Shown here piece after piece: positions 19,527-29,884 of a stretch of DNA of 64,000 nt. This DNA is from Alphaproteobacteria bacterium (lineage in GTDB: Bacteria > Pseudomonadota > Alphaproteobacteria > UBA828). Position 1 is the stretch's first letter, and every line of letters begins with the position of its first letter. Below the pieces are notes generated by a model. That model worked only from the letters and a program-made list of their open reading frames with translations. It made no database searches and had not been told where the DNA came from. Location: contig CBDCRW010000006.1 in NCBI GenBank assembly GCA_965221125.1, forward strand, positions 448,001 through 512,000, read 5' to 3'. The position numbers and the translations under genes are program-made.

Positions 19527-21248
19527 ATGAGCAAGAGATTCGACAAGTCCAAGCTGCCGAGCAGGCACATCACCGAGGGGCCGAAGAGCGCCGCGCACAG
19601 GGCGTTCTTCTACGCCATGGGCGTCTCCCGCCAGGCGGTGAGCCGGCCCATCGTCGGTGTGGCCACCACCTGGAACGAGACCGCGCCCTGCAACATCACG
19701 CTCCGCCGCCAGGCGCTCGCGGCGAAGACCGGCGTGGACGAGGCCGGCGGCACGCCGCGCGAGTTCACCACCATCACGGTGACCGACGGCATCGCCATGG
19801 GCCACCAGGGCATGAAGTCCTCGCTGGTCTCGCGCGACGTGATCGCGGATTCGGTGGAACTCACCATGCGCGGGCACTCCTACGACGCGCTGGTGGGCAT
19901 CGCCGGCTGCGACAAGTCGCTGCCCGGCATGATGATGGCGCTGGTGCGGCTCAACGTGCCGGGCGTGTTCCTCTACGGCGGCTCCATCCTGCCGGGGCGC
20001 TTCCGCGGCAAGGACATCACGATCATGGACGTCTACGAGGCCTACGGGAAGCTCAACCAGGGCGATGTCAGCGAGGAGGACCTGGCGGAGATCGAGGCGG
20101 TGGCGTGCCCTTCCGGCGGCTCCTGCGGCGGGCAGTTCACCGCCAACACCATGGCCTGCGTCTCCGAGGCCATCGGGCTTGCGCTGCCGCATTCGGCGGG
20201 CGCTCCCGCCGTCTACGAATCCCGCGACGAGTTCGCGGTGGAGTCCGGCAAGTGCGTCATGGACCTGATCGAGAACAACCTGCGCCCGCGCGACATCGTC
20301 ACCCGCAAGGCGATGGAGAACGCAGCGACCGTGGTGGCGGCGACCGGCGGGTCGACGAACGCGGGCCTGCACCTGCCGGCCATCGCCAACGAGGCGGGGA
20401 TCGACTTCGATCTCGCCGCCGTGGCGGAGGTCTTCAAGCGCACGCCCTACATCGCGGACCTCAAGCCCGGCGGGCGCTACGTGGCGAAGGACCTGTTCGA
20501 GGCGGGCGGCGTGCCCATCGTGCTGAAGGCGCTGCTGGACGGCGGCTACCTGCACGGCGACTGCATGACCGTGACCGGCAGGACGCTCGCCGAGAACCTG
20601 GCCGACGTGACCTTCCCCACCGGGCAGGACGTGGTGGTGCCGACGTCGGCGCCGATCACGCCCACCGGCGGCGTCGTGGGGCTCAGCGGCAATCTCGCGC
20701 CGGAAGGGGCGATCGTGAAGGTGGCCGGGCTTACGCGGCTCCGCCACGTGGGGCCCGCGCGCTGCTTCGACACCGAAGAAGAGGCGATGAAGGCCATCGT
20801 CAGCCGCGACTACCGCTCCGGCGACGTGATCGTCATCCGCTACGAGGGGCCGAAGGGCGGCCCCGGCATGCGCGAGATGCTGGCCGTCACCTCGCAGATC
20901 TACGGGCAGGGCAAGGGCGAGGAGGTGGCGCTCATCACCGACGGCCGCTTCTCCGGCGCCACGCGCGGCTTCTGCATCGGCCACGTCGGGCCCGAGGCTG
21001 CGGTGGGCGGCCCCATCGCGCTCCTGCGCGACGGCGACGAGGTGACCATCGACGCGACCAGCGGCGAGCTCAGCGTCGCACTCTCCGACGCCGAACTTGC
21101 GGAGCGCGCCAAGTCCTGGGCGCCGCGTTCGCACGACTACCAGGCGGGCGTGCTGTGGAAGTACGCAGCGACCGTGGGGCCTGCCTACCAGGGCGCGGTG
21201 ACGCACCCCGGCGGCGCGGCGGAAACCCATTGCTTCGCCGACATCTGA
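19527..21248 (+). CDS. ilvD: Dihydroxy-acid dehydratase
   Basis: [35 protein letters not shown] and TDGRFSG motifs. Confidence 0.96.
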   Translation: MSKRFDKSKLPSRHITEGPKSAAHRAFFYAMGVSRQAVSRPIVGVATTWNETAPCNITLRRQALAAKTGVDEAGGTPREFTTITVTDGIAMGHQGMKSSLVSRDVIADSVELTMRGHSYDALVGIAGCDKSLPGMMMALVRLNVPGVFLYGGSILPGRFRGKDITIMDVYEAYGKLNQGDVSEEDLAEIEAVACPSGGSCGGQFTANTMACVSEAIGLALPHSAGAPAVYESRDEFAVESGKCVMDLIENNLRPRDIVTRKAMENAATVVAATGGSTNAGLHLPAIANEAGIDFDLAAVAEVFKRTPYIADLKPGGRYVAKDLFEAGGVPIVLKALLDGGYLHGDCMTVTGRTLAENLADVTFPTGQDVVVPTSAPITPTGGVVGLSGNLAPEGAIVKVAGLTRLRHVGPARCFDTEEEAMKAIVSRDYRSGDVIVIRYEGPKGGPGMREMLAVTSQIYGQGKGEEVALITDGRFSGATRGFCIGHVGPEAAVGGPIALLRDGDEVTIDATSGELSVALSDAELAERAKSWAPRSHDYQAGVLWKYAATVGPAYQGAVTHPGGAAETHCFADI

Positions 21249-21282
21249 GCGGCCGCGCGGTCATGGCCGGCACGGCCGGACG

Positions 21283-22500
21283 ATGAGCAAGGGCAAGGGC
21301 GGCACGGGGCGCCACCGGGACGAGACGCTGCTCTCGGTGCTGGGGCGCGACCCGGCGGCGAACCACGGCGTGGTCAACCCGCCCGTCTATCACGCCTCGA
21401 CCATCCTGCACGAGAACGCCGCGGCGCTGCGGGAAGCGACCTTCGGCCCGCGCCAGTACGGCAAGACCTATTACGGCCGCTACGGCACGCCCACGACCTT
21501 CCCGCTGCAGGATTCGATTACCGCGCTTGAACGGGGATACCGGACCTACCTCTTCGGCTCCGGCAAGGCGGCGATCGTGGCGTCGCTGCTCGCCTTCGTG
21601 AAGAGCGGCGACCACGTGCTGATGACCGACAGCGCCTACGGCCCGACGCGGGGCCTCGCGGGCGGGCTGCTCAGGCGCATGGGGATCGAGACGACATTCT
21701 ATGACCCCCGCGTGGGCGCCGGCATCGCGGAGCTGATGCGCGAGAACACGAGCGTGGTGGTGGGCGAATCACCGGGCTCGCTCACCTTCGAGATCCAGGA
21801 CTTTCCGGCGCTCGCGGACGCGACCCACGCGCGGGGCGCGGTGCTGATCGTTGACAACACCTGGGCCTCGCCGCTCTTCTGCCAGCCGCTGACTCTGGGC
21901 GCGGACGTCTCGCTCCACGCCTGCACCAAGTACATCGTCGGCCATTCGGACGCGATGCTGGGCTCGGTCACCACCACCGAGGCGCATGTCGAGCCGATAC
22001 GCCATATCTTCGAGGAGCTGGGCGCGGCCCCCGGCCCCGACGACTGCTACCTGGGCCTGCGCGGTCTGCGCACGCTCTCCGTCCGCCTGCACCGGCATCA
22101 GGAGACCGGGCTCGCCCTCGCCCGTTGGCTGCAGGCGCGGCCCGAGGTCCGCCGCGTGCTGCATCCCGCGCTGGAGGACGACCCCGGACACGACTTGTGG
22201 AAACGCGACTTCTCCGGCGCATCCAGCCTCTTCGGCGTGGTGCTGGAGCCGGTGCCGGAGCCCGCGGTCGATGCCTTCCTCGATTCGCTCGCGCTCTTCG
22301 GCCTCGGCTACTCCTGGGGTGGCTACGAGAGCCTGGCGCTCCCCACCTATCCCTGGAAGCTCCGCAATGCCACGGAGTGGGACCCGGCCTATCCGCTGCT
22401 TCGCATCTACGCGGGCCTGGAAGACCCGGACGACCTCATCGCCGACCTCGCGCAAGGGTTCGAGCGCATGGCCGAGGCCCGCGACGCCCAGCCCGATTAG
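21283..22500 (+). CDS. metC: Cystathionine beta-lyase
   Basis: VNPPVYHAST, YGRYGTPT, DNTWA, TKYIVGHSD (PLP lysine) and SWGGYESL motifs. Confidence 0.93.
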   Translation: MSKGKGGTGRHRDETLLSVLGRDPAANHGVVNPPVYHASTILHENAAALREATFGPRQYGKTYYGRYGTPTTFPLQDSITALERGYRTYLFGSGKAAIVASLLAFVKSGDHVLMTDSAYGPTRGLAGGLLRRMGIETTFYDPRVGAGIAELMRENTSVVVGESPGSLTFEIQDFPALADATHARGAVLIVDNTWASPLFCQPLTLGADVSLHACTKYIVGHSDAMLGSVTTTEAHVEPIRHIFEELGAAPGPDDCYLGLRGLRTLSVRLHRHQETGLALARWLQARPEVRRVLHPALEDDPGHDLWKRDFSGASSLFGVVLEPVPEPAVDAFLDSLALFGLGYSWGGYESLALPTYPWKLRNATEWDPAYPLLRIYAGLEDPDDLIADLAQGFERMAEARDAQPD

Positions 22501-22564
22501 GGCGCCCGCGCTTGGCGCGCGGCTCCACACTTCCTAGATTAGACCCACGCCATCGGGAGCTTCC

Positions 22565-23035
22565 ATGTACGACTGGCACTTCGACGACATGGCGCCCGGC
22601 ATGCGCTTCGAGAGTCTGGGCAAGACCTTGAGCGAAGCGGAGATCATCGATTTCGCCTTCCAGTACGACCCGCAGCCCTTCCATATCGACAAGGCCTACG
22701 CCGAGGCCGGCCCCTACGGCGGGATCATCGCGAGCGGCATCCAGACCATCGGCACGGCGCTCCGCATGATGGTGCAGGCTAGAGTGTTCGCGCCGGAGAC
22801 CGTGCTGGGCTCGCCCGGCGTGGAGGACCTGCGCTGGGTGCAGCCGGTCCGCCCTGGCGACACGATCCGGTCTACCGGCGAGCTCCTCGAGGTCCGGGCG
22901 TCGCAGTCGAGACCTGAGCGCGGCATCGTCCGCTACCGGATGGACGTGCTGAACCAGCGCGACGAGGTGGTCATGACCATGACCAGCAGCACGTTCGTCC
23001 GGCGCGAGCCGGCGGCGGCGGGCGACGCCGCGTAG
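22565..23035 (+). CDS. MaoC-like (hot-dog) dehydratase
   Basis: FAFQYDPQPFHID, IASGIQT and RWVQPVRPGD motifs. Confidence 0.9.
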   Translation: MYDWHFDDMAPGMRFESLGKTLSEAEIIDFAFQYDPQPFHIDKAYAEAGPYGGIIASGIQTIGTALRMMVQARVFAPETVLGSPGVEDLRWVQPVRPGDTIRSTGELLEVRASQSRPERGIVRYRMDVLNQRDEVVMTMTSSTFVRREPAAAGDAA

Positions 23036-23038
23036 GCC

Positions 23039-23539
23039 TTGATCGCGGCGCCGATACAGCGGTGGGGGGCGGGGCGCGCCATCCCGCTGCTCGTCGCGGC
23101 GGGGAGCGCGGGCCTGCTGCTCGGCGCCTATCTCTCCCAGCACGTGGGCGGGCTCGCGCCGTGCCCGCTCTGCCTGATCCAGCGCTACCCCCACTTCGCC
23201 GTGCTCGGGCTGGGGCTCGCCGCAGCGGCCCTCGGTGGCCGCGCGCGGGTTGCGCTGCTCGGGCTATGCGGCTTCGCGCTCCTGGTGACGGCCGGCTACG
23301 GCGTCTACCATGTTGGCGTCGAGCAGGGCTGGTTCGAGAGCGATTGCGCTGCGCCGATGGCCGGCGGCAGCATCGAGGACATCAAGGCCCAGATCATGGC
23401 GGCGCCGCTCACGCGCTGCGACGAGGTGCCGTGGTCACTGATCGGCGTCTCGCTCGCGGGCTGGAACGCCATTGCCTCGGTGCTGATGGCGGGGCTGGCG
23501 GGCTGGGGCGCGGTGCGGCTGTGGAGGGCGGGCACATGA
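23039..23539 (+). CDS. dsbB: Disulfide bond formation protein B
   Basis: PCPLCLIQR, YHVGVE and a second Cys pair; four TM helices. Confidence 0.9.
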   Translation: MIAAPIQRWGAGRAIPLLVAAGSAGLLLGAYLSQHVGGLAPCPLCLIQRYPHFAVLGLGLAAAALGGRARVALLGLCGFALLVTAGYGVYHVGVEQGWFESDCAAPMAGGSIEDIKAQIMAAPLTRCDEVPWSLIGVSLAGWNAIASVLMAGLAGWGAVRLWRAGT

Positions 23540-24117
23540 GCGAAGAGGCGCGCGCCGACGCGCGGCCCAGGGTGACGGGCGAGGACCGGCTGCCCGGCGA
23601 TCCCGGACGCGCAGAGCTGATCGCCCGCATGATCCGTGTCGATCACGCCGGCGAGTACGGCGCGAAGCGGATCTACGACGGCCAGCTCGCAGTGCTGGGG
23701 CGGAGCGGCGCCGCGCCCGCGATCCGCGAGATGGCCGAGGCGGAGCAGGCGCACCTGGATGCCTTCGACGAACTGCTGGTGGAGCGCCGGGTACGGCCGA
23801 CCGCGCTGGCGCCGGTCTGGCATGTCGCGGGCTTTGCGCTGGGGGCGGCGAGCGCCATGCTCGGCGAGCGGGCGGCCATGGCGTGCACCGTCGCGGTCGA
23901 GGAGGTGATCGAGGAGCACTACGCGGGCCAGGCCGCAACGCTCGGCGAGGAGGAGGCGGCGCTGCGCCGGACGCTCGAGGAATTCGGCGCCGACGAGGCC
24001 CGGCACCGCGAGACCGGCCTCGAGCACGGGGCCGAGCAGGCGCCCGGCTACGAGGCGCTGTCGGCGGCGGTCAAGCGCGGCACCCGCCTCGCCATCTGGC
24101 TCTCGGAACGGATTTAG
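23536..24117 (+). CDS. coq7: Demethoxyubiquinone hydroxylase Coq7 (di-iron)
   Basis: MIRVDHAGEYGA, E..HL, AMACTVAVEEVIEEHY and DE..H motifs; ATGA overlap with dsbB. Confidence 0.93.
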   Translation: MSEEARADARPRVTGEDRLPGDPGRAELIARMIRVDHAGEYGAKRIYDGQLAVLGRSGAAPAIREMAEAEQAHLDAFDELLVERRVRPTALAPVWHVAGFALGAASAMLGERAAMACTVAVEEVIEEHYAGQAATLGEEEAALRRTLEEFGADEARHRETGLEHGAEQAPGYEALSAAVKRGTRLAIWLSERI

Positions 24118-25904
24118 AGCGCGGCTTCCAGCTCGTCGACGAAGCCTGCGATCACGTCGAGGCCGAGGGACCAGAACGCGGGGTCGCTCGCGTCGAGGCC
24201 GAAGGGGGCCAGCAGCTCCCGGTGGCGGAGGCTGCCGCCGGCCCGCAGCATCTCCAGGTATTTCTGCTCGAACCCCGCCGGCTCCGCGCGGTAGACGGCG
24301 TAGAGCGCGTTCACCAGGCACTCGCCGAAGGCGTAGGCGTAGACGTAGAAGGGCGCGTGGATGAAGTGGGGGATGTAGGCCCAGTAGAAGCGGTACTCGT
24401 CGTGGAAGCGGAGCGCGGGGCCGAGGCTCTCGCCTTGCACCGCGAGCCAGTGCCCCGACAGGCGCTCGGGCGTGAGCTCGCCCGCGCGGCGCTCCTCGTG
24501 CACGCGGCGCTCGAAGGCGCAGAAGGCGACCTGGCGCACCACGGTGTTGAGCATGTCCTCGACCTTGCCGACGAGCATGACCCGGCGGCGCACGGGATCG
24601 CTCTCACCGTCGAGCAGGGCGCGGAAGGTGAGCTGCTCGCCGAAGACGGAGGCGGTCTCGGCGAGCGTCAGCGGCGTCTCCGCCATGAGCAGGCCTTGCC
24701 CGCCCGCCAGCACCTGGTGGACCCCGTGGCCGAGCTCGTGGGCGAGCACCATCACGTCCCGTGTCTTGCCCTTGTAGTTGAGCAAAAGGTACGGGTGCGC
24801 GCCCGGCACCGTGGGATGGGCGAAGGCGCCCGGCGACTTGCCATGGCGCACGGGCACGTCGATCCAGTCGTTCTCGAAGAAGCGCCGGCCGATGTCGGCG
24901 AGTGCGGGCGAGAAGGCGCGGTAGGCGGCGAGCACGGTGGACGCCGCCTCGTCCCAGCCGATGATGCGGTCTCCGTCTTCGGGCAAGGGCGCGTTGCGGT
25001 CCCAGTAATCGAGGCGGTCCACACCCATCCAGCGCGCCTTGAGTGCGTAGTAGCGGTGCGCGAGGCGGGGGGCCGCGGCTTCGACGGCGGCGATCAGCGC
25101 TTCCACCACCTCGTCCTCGACCCGGTTGCCGAGATTGCGCGCAGAGATGGGGCGCGCGAAGCCCCGCCACTGGTCCTCGATCTCCTTGTCCTTGGCGAGC
25201 GTGTTGGTGATGAGCGCGAAGGTGCGGACGTTCTCGCCGAGGACGCTGCCGATGGCCTGCGCGGCCTCCCTGCGCACTGCGCCGTCCTTGTCCGAGAGCA
25301 GGTTGAGCGCGTCGGCGCTGGAGAGCGACTCGCCCTGCACGGGGAAGCGAAGCCCCGCCATGGTCTCGTCGAAGAGGCGCATCCAGGCGGCGCGGCCCGC
25401 GACCTGCTTCTCGTGCAGCAGGCGCTCCACCTCGTCCGAGAGCTGGAAGGGGCGGAAGGTGCGCACGTCGTGCACCCAGGGCGCATAGCGGGCGAGCGCC
25501 GGGGCCGCGAGCTTGTCGGCCAAGGCGTCGTCCTCAATGCGGTTGAGCTCGAGGGTGAGGAAGAGGAGCCGGCTTTCCGTCGCGGTGGTCTCCTCGCGGA
25601 CAGTCTGGAAGAACTGCGCCGTCTCGGCGTCGTCCATCGCCGTGCAATAGACGAGGTAGGCGTAACTGGTGAGACGCCCCAGAATCTCCTGGATCGCCTC
25701 GTAGCGGGCGATCAGGTCGCCCAAGGCTGCGCCATCGAGATCCGCGATGCGGCCTGCGAACTCGTCGTGCAGGGCGGACGCCGCGTCGGCGGCGTGCGCC
25801 AGGTCGCGCTTCAGCGCGTCCGAGTCCGGCGCAGGGTAGAGGTCGGAGAGGTCCCAGCCGGGGAGCGCACCGTCGTCGGTCTGCGCAGCCGCAGCCTGCG
25901 TCAT
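24114..25904 (-). CDS. M3 family oligoendopeptidase F
   Basis: WDLSDLY, GKSPGAF, AHELGHGVH (HExxH), AETAS and PHF..PFYVYAYAFG motifs. Confidence 0.94.
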   Translation of the reverse strand: MTQAAAAQTDDGALPGWDLSDLYPAPDSDALKRDLAHAADAASALHDEFAGRIADLDGAALGDLIARYEAIQEILGRLTSYAYLVYCTAMDDAETAQFFQTVREETTATESRLLFLTLELNRIEDDALADKLAAPALARYAPWVHDVRTFRPFQLSDEVERLLHEKQVAGRAAWMRLFDETMAGLRFPVQGESLSSADALNLLSDKDGAVRREAAQAIGSVLGENVRTFALITNTLAKDKEIEDQWRGFARPISARNLGNRVEDEVVEALIAAVEAAAPRLAHRYYALKARWMGVDRLDYWDRNAPLPEDGDRIIGWDEAASTVLAAYRAFSPALADIGRRFFENDWIDVPVRHGKSPGAFAHPTVPGAHPYLLLNYKGKTRDVMVLAHELGHGVHQVLAGGQGLLMAETPLTLAETASVFGEQLTFRALLDGESDPVRRRVMLVGKVEDMLNTVVRQVAFCAFERRVHEERRAGELTPERLSGHWLAVQGESLGPALRFHDEYRFYWAYIPHFIHAPFYVYAYAFGECLVNALYAVYRAEPAGFEQKYLEMLRAGGSLRHRELLAPFGLDASDPAFWSLGLDVIAGFVDELEAAL

Positions 25905-26704
25905 CGGCCGCCCCGGCCGAAGGCGGGCTTGCGGCGCTCGCGGAAGGCGGCCAGGCCCTCGCGGTGGTCGGCGGAGACGTTGGTCAGGCTCTCGTAGGCG
26001 ATGGAGGCGTCCATCATCGCGTGCGCGAGCTGCTTGAGGCCGACGTTGATGGAGACCTTGGTGTAGCGGATCGCCTGGGTCGCGCCGCGCTCGAGCTTGC
26101 CCACCATGCGGTCGACGCGGGCGTCGAGCTGGTCCGCCGGCACCGCCTCGTTCACGAGACCGAGCGCCGCCGCCTCGGCACCGTCGATGAGCTTGCCGGT
26201 CATCAAAAACTCCTTGGCGCGCGGGTAGCCGATGAGCTGAGGCCAGATGATCGCGCCGCCGTCGCCCGCCGAGAGCCCGATGTTGACGTGCAGGTCGCCG
26301 ATCCGCGCGTCTTCGGCGGCGATGATGATGTCGCAGAAGAGCGCCACTGTGGCGCCGAGCCCCACCGCGTCGCCGTTGAGCCGGCAGATCACCGGCTTCT
26401 CAAGGTCGAGCAGGCCGAAGACGATCTGCTTCGCCTCGACCGCGATCCCGTCGAAGATCGAGATGTCGTCGATCGCGCCCTGGAGCCAGTCGATGTCGCC
26501 GCCCGCGCAGAAGGCGCGGCCCGCGCCGGTCAGCACGACGATGTCGGTCTCGGCATCGGCGGCGATGTCGTTGAAGAGCCGCGCCATCTCGCTGTGCATG
26601 GCGGCGTTCACGGCGTTGAGCACGTCGGGCCGGTTCAGCGTCACGGTGAGCACGCGGCGCTCGCGCGCGAAGCGCATGGTGGTGTAGCTCTCGTAGCCCG
26701 TCAT
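25901..26704 (-). CDS. Enoyl-CoA hydratase/isomerase family protein
   Basis: LNRPDVLNA, GRAFCAGGD, NGDAVGLG and F.ERRKPAF motifs. Confidence 0.92.
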   Translation of the reverse strand: MTGYESYTTMRFARERRVLTVTLNRPDVLNAVNAAMHSEMARLFNDIAADAETDIVVLTGAGRAFCAGGDIDWLQGAIDDISIFDGIAVEAKQIVFGLLDLEKPVICRLNGDAVGLGATVALFCDIIIAAEDARIGDLHVNIGLSAGDGGAIIWPQLIGYPRAKEFLMTGKLIDGAEAAALGLVNEAVPADQLDARVDRMVGKLERGATQAIRYTKVSINVGLKQLAHAMMDASIAYESLTNVSADHREGLAAFRERRKPAFGRGGR

Positions 26705-26867
26705 CTCGCCTCCCCTGCCTCTCGCGCGGCTCTCGCGCGGCTCTCGAGCCGGGGGAGGGTGTCAGCACGCCGCCTTGAACGCAACGAATCCCGCGCGCCG
26801 CTCCGTCTTGCCCTCGGCCCGGCCCGACCCTATCGTGCGCGCGTAGCGTGCGCAGGGGAGGGCCGGC

Positions 26868-27200
26868 GTGAGCGACGATCCGGGACGCGGCTGCCACGAC
26901 ATCGGCGGGCTGCCCGCCGGCCGCATCGAGCGGGCGGAGCACGCGCACGCGCCCTGGGAGAAGCGGGTCGACGCGCTGATGGTGCTGCTCGGCGGCCAGG
27001 GGAGCGGGACGATCACCGTGGACGAGCTGCGCCGCGGCATCGAGCAGCTCGGCGCCGAGGCCTACGGCGAGATGAGCTACTACGAGCGCTGGATCGCCTC
27101 GATGACCAACACGCTGCTCAACAAGGGCATCATCTCGTCGGACGAGCTTGGCCGGCGCATGGCCGAGGTCGAGGCGCGGGGCGGGGAGGGCGCCGGCTGA
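26868..27200 (+). CDS. Nitrile hydratase beta N-terminal-like subunit (ScnB-like)
   Basis: HDIGG, PWEKR, DELRRGIE and YYERW motifs; only 110 aa. Confidence 0.88.
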   Translation: MSDDPGRGCHDIGGLPAGRIERAEHAHAPWEKRVDALMVLLGGQGSGTITVDELRRGIEQLGAEAYGEMSYYERWIASMTNTLLNKGIISSDELGRRMAEVEARGGEGAG

Positions 27201-27490
27201 TGGCCGCCCGCTTCGCCGTGGGCGACCGCGTCGCCGTGCGCCGCGCCTTCCCGCTCGGCCACATCCGCACGCCCTACTACGCGCGGGGCGCGGTCGGCGA
27301 CGTCGAGCGCATTTGCGGCGCCTTCGGCAATCCCGAGGAGCTGGCGTTCGGACGCGGCGACGGGGCCCGGCAGCCCCTCTACCGGGTACGCTTCGCCCAG
27401 ACCGCGCTCTGGCCGGACTACGACGGCGCGGCCGGCGATACCATTGACATCGAGCTTTACGAGCACTGGCTCGAGCCCGCGACGGAGTGA
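27200..27490 (+). CDS. Nitrile hydratase beta C-terminal SH3-like subunit (ScnA-like)
   Basis: Hidden at the end of shadow ORF 25964..27490: MAARFAVGDRVAV..GHIRTPYYARGAVG..PE..LYRVRF..LW..IELYEHWLEPA. TGATG overlap with the upstream gene. Confidence 0.9.
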   Translation: MAARFAVGDRVAVRRAFPLGHIRTPYYARGAVGDVERICGAFGNPEELAFGRGDGARQPLYRVRFAQTALWPDYDGAAGDTIDIELYEHWLEPATE

Positions 27491-27493
27491 GCG

Positions 27494-28111
27494 ATGGCAG
27501 CCCACGCCCACGATCACCGGCCGCCGCCCGACGAGGACGGCCCGCTCACCTACTACCAGACCATGGAGATCGCCGTGCGCGAGCTCCTGATCGAGAAGGG
27601 GGTGTTCGGCGCCGACGACGTGCGCGCCGCGATCGAGACCATGGACGCACGCAGCCCCGCGCGGGGCGCCGAGGTCGTCGCCCACGCCTGGGCCGACCCG
27701 GCGTTCAGGGAGGCGCTTCTGGCGGACGGCAGCGCGGCCTGCGCCCGGCTCGGCATCGACATCGGGCCGCTGAAGCTCATCGCGGTCGAGAACACCAAGG
27801 ACGTGCACAACGTCATCGTGTGCACGCTCTGCTCCTGCTATCCGCGCAACCTGCTGGGCCTGCCGCCGGACTGGTACAAGGCGAAGGCGTATCGCGCGCG
27901 GGTGGTGCGCGAGCCCCGCGCGGTGCTGCGCGAGTTCGGCACCGAAATCCCGGAAGACGTGACCGTGCGGGTGCACGATTCCACCGCCGACATGCGCTAT
28001 ATTGTCGTGCCCCGCCGCCCCGCCGGCACCGAGGGCTGGGACCGCGAGCGTCTCGCCGCACTGGTGACGCGGGACTGCATGATCGGCGTGACGGTCCCGA
28101 AAAACCCCTGA
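27494..28111 (+). CDS. Co-type nitrile hydratase alpha / thiocyanate hydrolase gamma subunit
   Basis: Metal-binding VCTLCSCYP motif (Thr/Tyr = cobalt type), GA.VVAHAW.DP.F and VHDSTADMRY.V.P.RP.GT. Confidence 0.93.
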   Translation: MAAHAHDHRPPPDEDGPLTYYQTMEIAVRELLIEKGVFGADDVRAAIETMDARSPARGAEVVAHAWADPAFREALLADGSAACARLGIDIGPLKLIAVENTKDVHNVIVCTLCSCYPRNLLGLPPDWYKAKAYRARVVREPRAVLREFGTEIPEDVTVRVHDSTADMRYIVVPRRPAGTEGWDRERLAALVTRDCMIGVTVPKNP

Positions 28112-28167
28112 GCCCGGCAGCGCCGCGCCCGGCGCGCCAAATCGAGTTGGGAGGCTGAGTTCGAGCC

Positions 28168-29844
28168 ATGCATGATCTCGTGATTCGCGGCGCGATGATG
28201 GCCGACGGCGTCGGCAACCCACTCATTCGCGCCGATGTCGCGGTGAGCGACGAGCGCATCGTCGAAGTCGGCGACGTGACGGAGAGCGCGCGGCAGACCG
28301 TGGACGCCGGCGGCCTCGTGCTGGCGCCCGGCATCGTCGACGTGCACACTCACTACGACGCGCAGCTCACCTGGGACAGCCAGGCGACGCCTTCTCCGTC
28401 GCTCGGCGTGACCACGGTGGTCATGGGCAACTGCGGCTTCTCCATCGCGCCATGCCCGCCGGAGCGGCGCGAGCAGATGGCCCGCAACCTGGCCGAGGTC
28501 GAGGGCATGCCCGTCGCAGCGCTCGAGGCCGGGATCGACTGGAGCTTCGAGAGCTTCCCCGAGTATCTCGCGCTGCTGAGGCGCAAGGGGTGCTATCCCA
28601 ACGCGGGTGTCTTCGTCGGCCACTCGGCGGTGCGCACCACGGTGCTGGGCGCCGAAGCCTCGGATCGGGCGGCGAGCGAGGACGAGGTCGCCACCATGCG
28701 GGGCATGGTGAAGGAGGCGCTGGAGGCGGGCGCCATCGGCTTCGCCACGTCCACCTCGATCAACCACTACGGCGACGGCGGCGTACCGATGCCGTCGCGG
28801 CTCGCGGACGACGACGAGATGAGCGCGCTGGTGGGCGTGCTGGGCGAGTTGGGCCGCGGCATCTTCCAGCTCACTGTCGGCCCCGGCATGACCAACGAGA
28901 GGATGGAGGGTCTGGCTGCGGAGACCGGCCGGCCCGTGTTCATGACGGCGGCGCTCCACAACGAGACCTTCCCCGAGCGCGCCATCGGCATGCTGGAAGG
29001 CGCGGCGGCTGCGCAGAGCCGGGGCAACGCGCTCTGGGCGCAGGTCTCGTGCCAGCCGCTCAGCATGGATTTCTCCATGCGGACCGCCTTCCCGCTCCAG
29101 AGCCTCGATGCCTGGGAGCCGCTGCACACGGCGTCCGACGAGGAGTTCCTCGCGATCATCGCGAGCGCGGACTTCCGCAACCGCTTCCGCGACGAACTGG
29201 AGAAGCCGCAGAGCGGCAAGATCTTTTATGGCGACTGGCGCAGGGTCGAGGTGGCGATGGCGACGACGCCGGCGCACCGGGCGCTCGAAGGCGAGACCAT
29301 CGAGACCATCGCCGGCCGTGAGGGGCGCGACCCGGTGGACGTGATGTTCGACCTCGCCGTGGACGAGCGGCTTGGCACCACCTTCAACGCCGCCCTGCTG
29401 AACGCGGACGAGGCGGCGGTGGAAGACCTGCTGCGCCACGACGCGGGCCTCATCAGCCTCTCCGACGCCGGCGCCCACCTCTGCTACCTCTGCGACGCCG
29501 GCTACGGCCTGCACCTGCTCGGCCACTGGGTGCGCGACAAGGGCGTGTTCGGCCTGGAGGACGGCATCCGCCGCGTCACCAGCCTGCCGGCGCGGCTCTA
29601 CGGCATCCCCGACCGGGGCGAGATCGCGCCCGGCAAGTTCGCGGACCTGCTGCTCTTCGATCCGGCGACGGTGGGGCGCGGCGCGATCCGCAGGGTCGAC
29701 GATCTGCCCGGCGGCGAGAGCCGCCTGGTGCGCGACGCGAGCGGCGTGCACGGCGTCTGGGTCAACGGCACCGCAGTCTACGACGCAGGCGGCTACCGCG
29801 ACGTGGCCCCGCCCGGCCACGTGCTCGACCGCTATCTGAGTTAG
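28168..29844 (+). CDS. N-acyl-D-amino-acid deacylase-like metallo-amidohydrolase
   Basis: PGIVDVHTHYD, GVTTVVMGNCG, SDAGAH and RGEIAPGKFADLLLFDP motifs. Confidence 0.9.
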   Translation: MHDLVIRGAMMADGVGNPLIRADVAVSDERIVEVGDVTESARQTVDAGGLVLAPGIVDVHTHYDAQLTWDSQATPSPSLGVTTVVMGNCGFSIAPCPPERREQMARNLAEVEGMPVAALEAGIDWSFESFPEYLALLRRKGCYPNAGVFVGHSAVRTTVLGAEASDRAASEDEVATMRGMVKEALEAGAIGFATSTSINHYGDGGVPMPSRLADDDEMSALVGVLGELGRGIFQLTVGPGMTNERMEGLAAETGRPVFMTAALHNETFPERAIGMLEGAAAAQSRGNALWAQVSCQPLSMDFSMRTAFPLQSLDAWEPLHTASDEEFLAIIASADFRNRFRDELEKPQSGKIFYGDWRRVEVAMATTPAHRALEGETIETIAGREGRDPVDVMFDLAVDERLGTTFNAALLNADEAAVEDLLRHDAGLISLSDAGAHLCYLCDAGYGLHLLGHWVRDKGVFGLEDGIRRVTSLPARLYGIPDRGEIAPGKFADLLLFDPATVGRGAIRRVDDLPGGESRLVRDASGVHGVWVNGTAVYDAGGYRDVAPPGHVLDRYLS

Positions 29845-29884
29845 GCCAGGCGGGACGCACGCGCCGCAGCCGCGCGGAAGGCGG

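Noticed and set aside
26719-26746. CTCTCGCGCGG repeated about 2.5 times between the enoyl-CoA hydratase and the NHase-like genes
   Set aside because: Too short and GC-rich to distinguish from a slippage duplication; no spacers, so not CRISPR.
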